Shown here in pieces: positions 48,192 to 57,154 of a DNA stretch of 57,208 nucleotides. Each line of letters opens with the position of its first letter. Position 1 is the first letter of the stretch. This DNA is from a bacterium. GTDB taxonomy: Bacteria > SZUA-79 > Acidulodesulfobacterales > Acidulodesulfobacteraceae. The stretch spans positions 1-57,208 of the forward strand of contig JAKAQK010000001.1 in NCBI GenBank assembly GCA_021822625.1, given 5' to 3'. The notes under the pieces are model-generated. The model was not told where the DNA came from. It did no database searches and saw only the letters and a list, made by a program, of their open reading frames with translations. Both the position numbers and the translations under genes were made by a program.

Positions 48192-49229
48192 CTATTTAAC
48201 CGCTTGAGGATGTGATTGCTTGTAAACGTCTAATAATTTCTTCAAACTCAAATGAGTATATTTTTCAGTCGTCGAAAGATTAGAATGCCCAAGCATATCC
48301 TGAATAGAACGCAAATCTGCGCCGTTATCGAGCAGATGCGTAGCGAAAGAATGCCTTAAACTGTGCGGCGATATATTTTTAAATTGACCTGTTATAAGCA
48401 TAGATTCATGAACTATTCTATGAACAGTTCTGCGTGTAAGGTGATTTCCTTTTTTATTGATAATCAAAAATTCGCTTTTAAAATTTAAATTAGCTATATG
48501 AGCGCCTATATAGTTTTTCCATTTTTGAATTTTATTAATAGTTTGAACGGTTAAAGGTATTATCCTCTCTTTTGAACCTTTTCCTAAAACTTTGACGTAG
48601 CCTTCGCTTAACTCTAAATCTTTATACTTTACGAAAATTATTTCACTGACTCTTAAACCGCTCCCGTAAAGAAATTCTAATATCAAATCGTTCCTTAAGA
48701 TTTCAAACTCATATTTTACGCTTTTTTTTTCGAAAGATAAAGATCTGTAATTATCTAACAGAAATTTTGCTTCATTTACAGTTAAAAAAAAGGGTAATTT
48801 TTTTTCTATTTTCGGAAGTTCCAATAAAAAAATCGGGTTTTTATCTATAATATGCCTTTTTTCAAGAAAATTAAAAAAAGCCTTTATAGATTCTATTTTT
48901 CTGGCAAGGCTTACTTTTTTAACTTTATCGTATTCTTTGCTTAAATATCCTCTTATGTCTATCTCGGTAATTTCTTTAATATCTAAATCATCGTTATCGT
49001 TATCGCCATAGTCATTTGTAGTTATATTATCCGTATTTTTTTTATTATTATTGCCGCAAGCGCCGTTATTATGCCTGCAATCTTTCTTCATCAGAACGGA
49101 AACGCTTTTTAAATATATAAATAATTCTTTAACATCTGAAGAATATGCCGTTACCGTATTCATGGAATAATTTTTATCAAACCGCAAATAATCTTCAAAC
49201 CCTGCTATGTAATCCTGTTGCTTTTTCAT
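48192..49229 (-). CDS. xerC: Tyrosine recombinase XerC/XerD family with an Asn/Asp-rich insertion
   Basis: Catalytic region: GLRVSE, HSLRHSFATHLL, LGHSNLSTTEKYTH. The xerC-hslV-hslU synteny supports the call. I prefer the ATG at 49229 (MKKQQDY...) to the TTG at 49247. No clear SD is present. Confidence 0.8.
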   Translation of the reverse strand: MKKQQDYIAGFEDYLRFDKNYSMNTVTAYSSDVKELFIYLKSVSVLMKKDCRHNNGACGNNNKKNTDNITTNDYGDNDNDDLDIKEITEIDIRGYLSKEYDKVKKVSLARKIESIKAFFNFLEKRHIIDKNPIFLLELPKIEKKLPFFLTVNEAKFLLDNYRSLSFEKKSVKYEFEILRNDLILEFLYGSGLRVSEIIFVKYKDLELSEGYVKVLGKGSKERIIPLTVQTINKIQKWKNYIGAHIANLNFKSEFLIINKKGNHLTRRTVHRIVHESMLITGQFKNISPHSLRHSFATHLLDNGADLRSIQDMLGHSNLSTTEKYTHLSLKKLLDVYKQSHPQAVK

Positions 49230-49465
49230 AATTAAAAAAATTGTCAAATAAAAAGCGAATAAAGAAGTCTTTGAATAAATAATTCGAATATATAAAATAA
49301 TTAAACAAATACGACCGCAACTATTTACTATTAACTATTAACTATTAAAAAACTTTAAATTAAAATTATATCACAAATAATAATTTAATATCTGCAATTT
49401 TATAAATATTTATTATAAAATTAGATTTAAAAAAGATTTAAAATTCAAAATTTTTCAATAATCTT

Positions 49466-50314
49466 TTAAAAAATAATTCTATATACCAGAACAAAAGAAC
49501 CGAATAAAATGCAATAAAATGCAAACGGATAAAGCGCATTGACCTCATATTTATGAAAATATTTCATTAAGAACCATATGCTAAAATATGCTACAACGCC
49601 TGCAACAATACCGCTTACAACAGCTACCGCATCAAAATTGGCGAGGTGCAGTTTTAGCATTTTTGGAACTTCTAAAAGCCCTGCGGCAAATATAATAGGC
49701 GTAGCCAGAAGGAACGAGAACTTTGCGGCAGATTCATGTTTAAAACCGAGATACAAGGCAGCCACCATAGTTATAGCAGAACGGGATATTCCTGGAATTA
49801 GCGCAAAAGATTGAAAAAAACCTATTATAAGCGCCGTATAAACCGTCATATCGGCTATTTTGGCTATACCCTGCTTTCTCCTTCTTTTTTCGCCGAAATA
49901 CAAAATAATGCCGTTTATAATCAGAAAAAAAGCTGCTATATCTGTGAAACCGAATAATTTCTTAAGTTTATGGACAAAAATTAAACCTATAATACCTGCC
50001 GGAATTGTAGCTAATGCCAATAAATATAATGTCTTGGAATCTTCATTTATGTTAAGATTTCTTTCGGCTACCCCTTTAAAAAAACCTTTAAACAAACTAA
50101 TCCAATCTTTGTAAAAATATACTATAAGCGCCAAGGCGGTGCCGAGATGCAGAACGACGAGAAAAGGCAAAAAGCCTTCAGACTGTCTATGTATATGCCA
50201 TCCAAGAAGCGTTGGTATTATTACCCCCTGAGCCAGACTTGAAATAGGAAAAAGTTCGCTGATGCCTTGAATTACGGCAAGAATAATACCCTGAAAGATA
50301 GAAAGACTAATCAT
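49466..50314 (-). CDS. uppP: Undecaprenyl-diphosphate phosphatase (BacA/UppP)
   Basis: 282 aa, 8 TM, with SELFPISS and PGISRS motifs. Confidence 0.92.
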   Translation of the reverse strand: MISLSIFQGIILAVIQGISELFPISSLAQGVIIPTLLGWHIHRQSEGFLPFLVVLHLGTALALIVYFYKDWISLFKGFFKGVAERNLNINEDSKTLYLLALATIPAGIIGLIFVHKLKKLFGFTDIAAFFLIINGIILYFGEKRRRKQGIAKIADMTVYTALIIGFFQSFALIPGISRSAITMVAALYLGFKHESAAKFSFLLATPIIFAAGLLEVPKMLKLHLANFDAVAVVSGIVAGVVAYFSIWFLMKYFHKYEVNALYPFAFYCILFGSFVLVYRIIF

Positions 50315-50589
50315 ATATAATTCACGTCGCTCAGTTTAAACATAGCGGCTTAAACTGAAATGCCTCCATAATTAAAATTAAATATTATATTTTGTTTATG
50401 TTTTAAAATCTGTATAGGTTTAAATAATAAAGAATAAAGAATAAATGATAAATCATAAAGAAACAATTATAATAAAAAAAATAAAAATATACAATTTATT
50501 ATAATAATATGATATATAATATATAAAAATATATAAAAAAAATAAAACCACATAACTACACTAAATTTATTTATTAATCAGGAGGAAAA

Positions 50590-51024
50590 ATGTTTAAGAA
50601 AATTCTATGCCCGGTTGATTTTAGCGAAACTTCGCTTAATGCATCTAATAACGCAATCGAACTCGCAGAGCAGTTGAAATCCACAATTACTTTTATTCAT
50701 GTTTTAGATGTCAATCTTATGCAAAATGCAGGGGATTTATCTTTCGGTTCGGTTGATATATATGAAACATTGGCGGAAGAAGAAAAGGGCCTATTAAAAA
50801 AATTAGATGAAATCGCTGTTTCTAAAGGCGTTGTAGTCAACACCGTTTTGACACACGGCGTACCTCAGGACGTCGTACTGGAAAAAGCAAAAAATGAAAA
50901 CTACGAATTAATAGTAATGGGAACCCACGGCAGAACGGGTCTTTCCAGGGTACTTTTAGGCTCGGTAGCGGAATCTTTAGTGAGACATTCTACATTGCCT
51001 GTACTTTTATTTAGAAAACAGTAG
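50590..51024 (+). CDS. Universal stress protein (UspA family)
   Basis: 144 aa with KILCPVDFSE, MGTHGRTGLSRVLLGSVAE..V...PVLL. The SD AGGAGG precedes the ATG. Confidence 0.9.
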   Translation: MFKKILCPVDFSETSLNASNNAIELAEQLKSTITFIHVLDVNLMQNAGDLSFGSVDIYETLAEEEKGLLKKLDEIAVSKGVVVNTVLTHGVPQDVVLEKAKNENYELIVMGTHGRTGLSRVLLGSVAESLVRHSTLPVLLFRKQ

Positions 51025-51055
51025 AGCAATTTCCAATGAATAATTAATAATTTAT

Positions 51056-51082
51056 CTCCGTCCTCGCGGACGGAGTTTTTTT
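51056..51082 (+). terminator. Rho-independent terminator after usp
   Basis: CTCCGTCC-tcgc-GGACGGAG forms a perfect 8-bp GC-rich stem, followed by T7. Confidence 0.85.
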
Positions 51083-51167
51083 CAATGCCGTAGTAATATT
51101 GTTATGCTCGTAATATTGTTATGCTGCAGTTATGATATAACTCAATTGTAATATAATAATAAATATT

Positions 51168-52241
51168 TTATAACGCCGTACCCTGTTTTATTATATTTGG
51201 TTTTATAATAATTTTAAGAGAGTTTCCGGCTTCTGCGGTAAGTTTGAACCCTTGCGATATTTGTGCAAGCGGCAGCGCTTCCGTAATCATGTCTTTTATA
51301 TTTATCCTTTTTGTTCTTATAAATTCAAGAGCATCAATATGGTCGGCAATGGAACCCGCATAAGAGCTTATTAGTCTTACTTCCGTTCTCCAAAATATTT
51401 CATTTATCGGCAGAGGAAGTTTTGCCCCGTCTTCAGCGGCAGAAAAAAATAACACCGTGCCGCCTCTTCTTACTGATTTAAGCCCCTGTTCTATCGCACT
51501 GTTTGCTCCTGCCGAAATGATTACCGCGTCTGCAAGAAATCCGCCGTTTACGCCTTTAATTGCTTCAGGAATGTCTTCTTTTGCGTTTAAAGCATAATCG
51601 GCGCCGAATTTCTTTGCTGCGGAAAGCCTAAAATCGTTAATATCCGTCGCTATGATAGTCGTCGCTCCGGATGCCCTTAGAAGATTTATATGCAAAAGCC
51701 CCGCCAATCCGCTTCCTATAACAACAACAGTTTGAGCCGGTTTGATGCCTGCAAGCCTTTGCGCTCTGACGCAGCATGCTAACGGTTCAACAAAAGTTCC
51801 TTCCTCAAAACTGACTGAGTCGGGCAATAAATAAAGTCCGTTTTTAACGTTAATTTCGGGAAGCCTTAAATATTGGGCAAATCCGCCCGGATAAAAATTT
51901 GTACTTCTTAGCGTATCGCAAACGGTTTGATGACCGCTTAAACAATACTTGCAAGTATTGCACGGAACATGATGCGCAGCGACAACCCTGTCGCCTATTT
52001 TAAATTTTTTCACATTAGCGCCTGCTTCTACAACAGTGCCAGAAACCTCGTGACCAAGAACCATCGGAACTTTATCGCGTCTATACCATTCGATAACATC
52101 GCTTCCGCAGATACCGGCGGCTTCAACCTTTAACAATATTTCATCGTCATTTATTTCAGGTACCGGTTTTTCAATAATTCTTATATCGTTATTGCTATAG
52201 TAAAGCGCTTCTTTCATAACATCGGTCATAGTCGTCGTCAT
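51168..52241 (-). CDS. Zn-dependent alcohol/polyol dehydrogenase (MDR family, threonine/sorbitol dehydrogenase-like)
   Basis: It has catalytic Zn residues (CGSD, GHEVSGTVVEAG), the structural Zn cluster CNTCKYCLSGHQTVC and a Rossmann motif VIGSGLAGL. Confidence 0.85.
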   Translation of the reverse strand: MTTTMTDVMKEALYYSNNDIRIIEKPVPEINDDEILLKVEAAGICGSDVIEWYRRDKVPMVLGHEVSGTVVEAGANVKKFKIGDRVVAAHHVPCNTCKYCLSGHQTVCDTLRSTNFYPGGFAQYLRLPEINVKNGLYLLPDSVSFEEGTFVEPLACCVRAQRLAGIKPAQTVVVIGSGLAGLLHINLLRASGATTIIATDINDFRLSAAKKFGADYALNAKEDIPEAIKGVNGGFLADAVIISAGANSAIEQGLKSVRRGGTVLFFSAAEDGAKLPLPINEIFWRTEVRLISSYAGSIADHIDALEFIRTKRINIKDMITEALPLAQISQGFKLTAEAGNSLKIIIKPNIIKQGTAL

Positions 52242-52473
52242 AACAGCCTCATAATTTTAATAAATTAGTCATAATACTAATACATGAACATAAAAGTTCA
52301 TTTTACAGTTATTTTTACAGTTATTTTTACAAAAAATTTAATTTATTTTATTGTTTTATCTAATTAAATTATGTAATTGTAATGTACAATATATTACCTC
52401 AATATAGCTTTTAATTTTTAATAATGTTTCATTTTTTCAAAACTTCCGGCTAATATTTTTTGAAATCATTGTT

Positions 52474-54327
52474 TTAACTGTTCTTAAACATATTTTCCGC
52501 ATTATTGATTACTAACAAAACATCTCTTTTTCTAATTATAGCCCTGTATTTTTCAGCTTTTCCTTCTACTACAAAAAGCTCATCCGTCTTTTTTCTAAAA
52601 AAATTATGCACGACAACGTCAAGGGTTTCGGTTATTTTTATTTTAGGAATTTTTTTCGTTTCCATTATATCTTTGGCAACCCTTTCATCGTCAGGCGTAT
52701 TCATCATCATGTTTTTTATTGTAGCATATTTTATAAATCCTATAATTCTTCCGTCCGCATCAACGACCGGATGTATTGTAAAATTCGAATTAAAAAAAAC
52801 TGTAATCATCTCATACAAAGTGGCCTCAGGTTTTATAGGCTTGGCAAAATTCTCATCCTTCATTATATCTTTTACTGAATATTTTTTAAGCGGTTCGATG
52901 AGATAATCTTTTGAATGCGCAGGCGAATCCATTCTATTTTTTTTCTGTTTAGAATATATACTCCTCTTTCCGCTGACTATGAAAGTAATGGCGTTAACAA
53001 GCATTAACGGAGGCAAAAGACCATAACTTCCGGTCATTTCAGATACCATTAGAAGCGAAGAAATAGGCGTTTTTGCAACGCCTGCAAAAAAACCTCCCAT
53101 TCCAATAAGAACAAACGGAGCAATATCCGACTGCAGAATAATATGCGGCAAAAGCATATGAAATATGATTCCGAATGCCCCGCCGAACATTCCTCCTATT
53201 ATAAGCGAAGGGGCATAGACACCGGCTGAACCTCCTGAACTGATAGTAAAAGACGTTGCTATAATTTTAAACAAACCTATCATAATAAGCATTATAAGGC
53301 TTATTTTTCCCAAGACGGCAAGCTGAAGCCAGCCATAGCCGACACCCATTATTTCCGGAAGAAAATAAGCTATAACGCCGACAACCAGACCGCCTATCAT
53401 AGGTTTAAAATGCGGTTTGATTTTTATTTTTTTAAAAAAGCTATGCACTCCGTAAAAAAATCTGACATAAAACTGTCCTATAAATGCAAGAGCAAAACCC
53501 ATAATAGCGTAAAAAAACAGCGTCACCGGTCGCGTATATGTGAACATCGGCACAAGTACAACCGGTTTAAAACCGGCGTAAAAATACGCATAAATAGAAT
53601 AGGCAATTATTGAAGAAACTATAGCAAGCATAAGCGAACCGCTTTCAAAGTCCATGTCGGAATACAGAACTTCAACGCCGAACATGGCTCCTGCAAGCGG
53701 AGATTTAAATATTGCTCCTATGCCCGCTCCTATGCCGGCAACAAGCATTTTTCTTCTTTCAGGAACAGGAAGACCCAGAAACGTTGCAAGGACAGAACCG
53801 AATCCGGCGCCTATCTGCGCAACTGGTCCTTCTCTGCCTCCCGAGCCTCCTGAACCTAATGTGATTGACGAAGCTAAGGTTTTGATTATAGGCACCCTGC
53901 CCCTTATAAAGCCTTCTTTATTATGAAAAGCGTCAATAGCGGCGTCTGTACCGTGACCCTCGGCTTCAGGCGCAAAAGTATACACTAAAAGTCCCGAAAA
54001 AAGTCCGCCTACCGCAGGGATTATCAGAAACAGCCAGCGAACCAGAACAACATGGGGAGGCGCTCCCGTTTGCCCCATTAATTCCGGACGGGGAGAATAA
54101 TAGCCCTCGAGGGTGTTTTGAAATATAAATCTGAACAATCTTATAAGAGCGTTGAAAATAATTGCTCCGACACCTGCAACAACACCTATCAGCAATCCAA
54201 AAAAAAGCCAGCGGGAAAAATACATGAACCTGTTGTCCTGAAACTTTATCATGTATCTTTTAATATTAAGCAGCGGTCTTCTAAGTATACCTGTAACACC
54301 CTTTTTATTTCTATTTTTACCTGCCAT
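52474..54327 (-). CDS. ClC-family chloride channel/antiporter with C-terminal CBS pair
   Basis: It has GGREGP and GVYAPS motifs. The first selectivity loop reads EAEGHGTDAAI. It is multi-TM with a tandem CBS tail. The SD AAGGGGG lies 7 nt before the ATG, and the start overlaps the upstream NHL gene by 11 nt. Confidence 0.9.
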   Translation of the reverse strand: MAGKNRNKKGVTGILRRPLLNIKRYMIKFQDNRFMYFSRWLFFGLLIGVVAGVGAIIFNALIRLFRFIFQNTLEGYYSPRPELMGQTGAPPHVVLVRWLFLIIPAVGGLFSGLLVYTFAPEAEGHGTDAAIDAFHNKEGFIRGRVPIIKTLASSITLGSGGSGGREGPVAQIGAGFGSVLATFLGLPVPERRKMLVAGIGAGIGAIFKSPLAGAMFGVEVLYSDMDFESGSLMLAIVSSIIAYSIYAYFYAGFKPVVLVPMFTYTRPVTLFFYAIMGFALAFIGQFYVRFFYGVHSFFKKIKIKPHFKPMIGGLVVGVIAYFLPEIMGVGYGWLQLAVLGKISLIMLIMIGLFKIIATSFTISSGGSAGVYAPSLIIGGMFGGAFGIIFHMLLPHIILQSDIAPFVLIGMGGFFAGVAKTPISSLLMVSEMTGSYGLLPPLMLVNAITFIVSGKRSIYSKQKKNRMDSPAHSKDYLIEPLKKYSVKDIMKDENFAKPIKPEATLYEMITVFFNSNFTIHPVVDADGRIIGFIKYATIKNMMMNTPDDERVAKDIMETKKIPKIKITETLDVVVHNFFRKKTDELFVVEGKAEKYRAIIRKRDVLLVINNAENMFKNS

Positions 54328-55471
54328 ATGGGAACCCCCTTTTATCGAATTGGAAATATTCCCTGCCTGCCGCTACGTTTTCAATTTTAGTAAGATTGCC
54401 GTTTCCGTCCGCAGCCCATATATTACCTTTTTTATCTATAATTATGCCTATCGGTCTGTTTATTTTTGAGGCATACCCTAAAAATTTACCCTGCGAAGAA
54501 AATTCAGAAATGCTGTTACTGTTAAAATTTGCGATAAAAATATTTCCTTTTTCGTCAATAGCTTCTCCGTACGGATAGCTGACGGGACCGTTAATATGCT
54601 TAAGCAATTTGCCTTCAGGGGAATATTTTGAAAGACTGCCGCCGTTTCCGTCGTTTAATACCCATAAATTACCGTTAACTCCTAAAGCGACAGCATAAGG
54701 ATAGCTTATTTTTTTCTGAGCGGACCACAGGACTTTACCTGACGGCGATAAGCATACTATCGTGCCCTCGTTAAAATTAGCGGCATATATTAAATCTGAT
54801 TTTGAAAAAACGATGGAATAGGGATTCTGTATTCCACGCCCAAATTTATGCAATAATCTTCCGTTGCCGGAATAGATGCTTATGTACCCGTCAAAACCGT
54901 TCCCGTAATTTGCAACCGCAATTTTACCGTTTTTGCTTATTGCGACGGCATACGGATAATTAACGCCTTCGGATGTTTTGAATATAATTTTTCCTAAAGG
55001 ATTCAGTTCGGTAATAAAGCCTTTTACCTTTACCCCTTTTCTGTTTTTATAAATTCCGTCGTTTGCTATAATAATATCTCCGGCTTTATTTATTGCAATA
55101 TCCCATGGTTTATAAATTCCTCTGCGGAAAGTTTTTATCCTGCCCCCTACAGCATCAAATTCGGCTATTTCACCTCTGCCTTTATCGCCTGCAATAAAAA
55201 TATCTCCGTTTCCGCCGACGGCTATTGCCATCGGACTGCTAACGCCTTTAAAAATTTTTACATATCCTTTTTTACTTTTGTTGTTTTTTACATGCGAATG
55301 AATACTTGAGCGAACCGTAAGGTTAGAATGCGCCAAGACGTTCGAGACGACGGAGGCTTTAGAATTTATGGCCGAAGCGAAAGAACTGCGGGCATTTAAA
55401 CTCAAATAAAAAAAATTCAGGCTAAATATAAATAATATTAAAAGAATTTTCGGAATTAATTTCAATTTCAT
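54317..55471 (-). CDS. Secreted NHL-repeat beta-propeller protein
   Basis: It has a signal peptide (MKLKLIPKILLILFIFSLNFFYLSLNA) and repeated blades (IFIAGD, IIIANDG, IAVANYG, IYAANFN, LWVLNDG, IFIANFN, IWAADGN). I prefer the ATG at 55471, behind a G-rich SD, to the track start at 55492. Confidence 0.8.
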   Translation of the reverse strand: MKLKLIPKILLILFIFSLNFFYLSLNARSSFASAINSKASVVSNVLAHSNLTVRSSIHSHVKNNKSKKGYVKIFKGVSSPMAIAVGGNGDIFIAGDKGRGEIAEFDAVGGRIKTFRRGIYKPWDIAINKAGDIIIANDGIYKNRKGVKVKGFITELNPLGKIIFKTSEGVNYPYAVAISKNGKIAVANYGNGFDGYISIYSGNGRLLHKFGRGIQNPYSIVFSKSDLIYAANFNEGTIVCLSPSGKVLWSAQKKISYPYAVALGVNGNLWVLNDGNGGSLSKYSPEGKLLKHINGPVSYPYGEAIDEKGNIFIANFNSNSISEFSSQGKFLGYASKINRPIGIIIDKKGNIWAADGNGNLTKIENVAAGREYFQFDKRGFPYGR

Positions 55472-55533
55472 CCCTATGTCACCCCCCGTCATGTAATCAT
55501 GGCCATGACGTTTTTATTTTTTATGTTATATAT

Positions 55534-55640
55534 ATTGTATTAGCATTTAAACGGTGAAAAAAAGCATATTTATTTCTTATGTATATTATAATTATATTAT
55601 ATTGTATTGTATTAGCATTTAAACGGTGAAAAAAAGCATA
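55534..55640. repeat. Two perfect 35-bp direct repeats, 72 bp apart, upstream of the NHL-ClC pair
   Basis: ATTGTATTAGCATTTAAACGGTGAAAAAAAGCATA occurs at 55534..55568 and 55606..55640. The flanks are also partly duplicated. Confidence 0.9.
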
Positions 55641-55673
55641 AACTAAAAATGCATATCCAATAATTACTGCCGG

Positions 55674-56663
55674 CTATTTTTTGCCTATAAGAAGCATCTT
55701 GTCGTTTTTATCAAGAATAAAAGTTTTTCCGTCCGGGTTTACTATCATTTTACCGTCTCTTTTTACTCCGACAAAAAGTTCGTCGGTCGTTTCTTTTACA
55801 AAAAGCAGCGCATCATGAAATGACTTGCCGATTACGCCGGACGGAATATTTTTTTCAATTAAACCTTCTTCAAAATCTTCGTTCATCAGCTGGCTGAAAA
55901 AATTTGACGCTCCCCTTATTTTTACAGATTTTACAAGCAGTCTGCTTGAAAAAGAACCTGTTGCGAATACCTCGTTGACCCCTATTTCTTTTAAAGCTTT
56001 TGCCGTTTCTTTCTTTACGACAAGAGCAATAATATAAATATCTTTATATTTAGTTCTTACCGTTATTGCCGATATTAAAGTCTTGGAATCGTCGTCGTCT
56101 GAGATTATACAGAGTTTAGCTTTGTCTATTTTGGCTTTTTCAATATTTTTGCCTTCCGTTATATCGCCTTTGATAAAAACAAAATTAAGAGCGTTAGACG
56201 GGGACTTCTCAATATCGGCGACTAACGTTATATTATCCTTTTCGTCTAATATCTCGTCCAATGATTGTTTGATTAAATTGCTATATCCGAGTATAACGAC
56301 ATGCTTTTCGACAAAATGACTTTCCATAGTTCCAAAAATCCTCCCGAGTCTAAACTCAAACATAATTGAAGAAAGGGTTGCTAAAAAAACGCCCAGCATA
56401 CCGATGCCTATCAGCATTAAACCCATTGCTATAACTCTTCCGATATTATTAGTCGGAACAACATCGCCGTAACCGACCGTAGATGCCGTGGTTACCGCCC
56501 AGTAAAAAGCTTTAAAAAATGAAATTTTTTCATAATGGCTGAATAGAAAGGCAAAAATAAGAAGTATAGCCAGTAAAATAATTAATATTCTCAGAAGTTC
56601 GGAGCGGTGCTTCAGCGTAATAATATTGAACTTGCGGTATAAGTTGAATAATACGGTGAACAT
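55674..56663 (-). CDS. Two-TM potassium channel with cytoplasmic RCK (TrkA-N/TrkA-C) gating domain
   Basis: It has the selectivity filter TASTVGYGD between two TM helices. The RCK domain follows (VVILGYSNL...), without a canonical GxGxxG NAD motif (MthK-like). Confidence 0.9.
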   Translation of the reverse strand: MFTVLFNLYRKFNIITLKHRSELLRILIILLAILLIFAFLFSHYEKISFFKAFYWAVTTASTVGYGDVVPTNNIGRVIAMGLMLIGIGMLGVFLATLSSIMFEFRLGRIFGTMESHFVEKHVVILGYSNLIKQSLDEILDEKDNITLVADIEKSPSNALNFVFIKGDITEGKNIEKAKIDKAKLCIISDDDDSKTLISAITVRTKYKDIYIIALVVKKETAKALKEIGVNEVFATGSFSSRLLVKSVKIRGASNFFSQLMNEDFEEGLIEKNIPSGVIGKSFHDALLFVKETTDELFVGVKRDGKMIVNPDGKTFILDKNDKMLLIGKK

Positions 56664-56673
56664 ATTGCAAATT

Positions 56674-56748
56674 TGGTAGCCCCAACGGGATTTGAACCCG
56701 TGTTACTGCCTTGAGAGGGCAACGTCCTGACCGCTAGACTATGGGGCC
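56674..56748 (-). tRNA. tRNA-Glu (anticodon CUC), CCA encoded
   Basis: Hand-folded cloverleaf:
- acceptor GGCCCCA/UGGGGCU (G1-U72)
- D stem GUCU/GGAC (U11-A24, U13-G22)
- anticodon stem UUGCC/GGCAG with loop CU-CUC-AA
- 4-nt variable loop
- T arm ACGGG-UUCAAAU-CCCGU
- discriminator A, then CCA. Confidence 0.9.
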
Positions 56749-56836
56749 TTTTATTTAGTTATTATTTAGTTAATTAATTAGTTATTTTACGATAACGCGA
56801 TAATAAATCGATGCTAAACGGCATCGTAACTGCGTT

Positions 56837-57154
56837 TTAACCGTACAATCTATGATGATTTGCATAACTTGCAGGATTCGGATATAAGTATATTTTTTTA
56901 TCCGCCGCAATTTTATTGCTATTGCGTGCAGTAAAAGAAGCTATATCCGATGCCTTATACTTACGTTCTGTTTTGATGTTGTTCCTGCACGTTATAAAGC
57001 AGCCGTTGTTCATTATATGCTCTTTCTCTAACTGTCTGTTTGTACCGGCGCAGCCTGAAAGTAAAAGCATCCCGCCGCATACAAATGCAAAAATAGCTAA
57101 TTTGCTAAACTTATTGGTCTTGTAAAATTTGCTGCAAATATTTTTTATATTCAT
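56837..57154 (-). CDS. Small hypothetical lipoprotein
   Basis: 105 aa with a signal peptide and lipobox LLLSGC. I recognise no similarity for the mature part. Confidence 0.5.
   Translation of the reverse strand: MNIKNICSKFYKTNKFSKLAIFAFVCGGMLLLSGCAGTNRQLEKEHIMNNGCFITCRNNIKTERKYKASDIASFTARNSNKIAADKKIYLYPNPASYANHHRLYG

Noticed and set aside
52431-52465. Hairpin TTTCAAAA-N-TTTTGAAA downstream of the ClC stop as a terminator.
   Set aside because: The stem is made only of A-T pairs and is not followed by a T run on the transcribed strand. It is too weak to call.
51168-56748. Genomic island integrated at the tRNA-Glu gene (channels, NHL protein and dehydrogenase, with seemingly higher GC in the ClC and dehydrogenase genes).
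   Set aside because: There is no integrase, no direct repeat of the tRNA 3' end and no mobility genes. The higher GC is plausibly driven by amino-acid composition, since amtB, another membrane protein rich in G/A/V, shows the same effect. A compositional test on the full genome would be needed.
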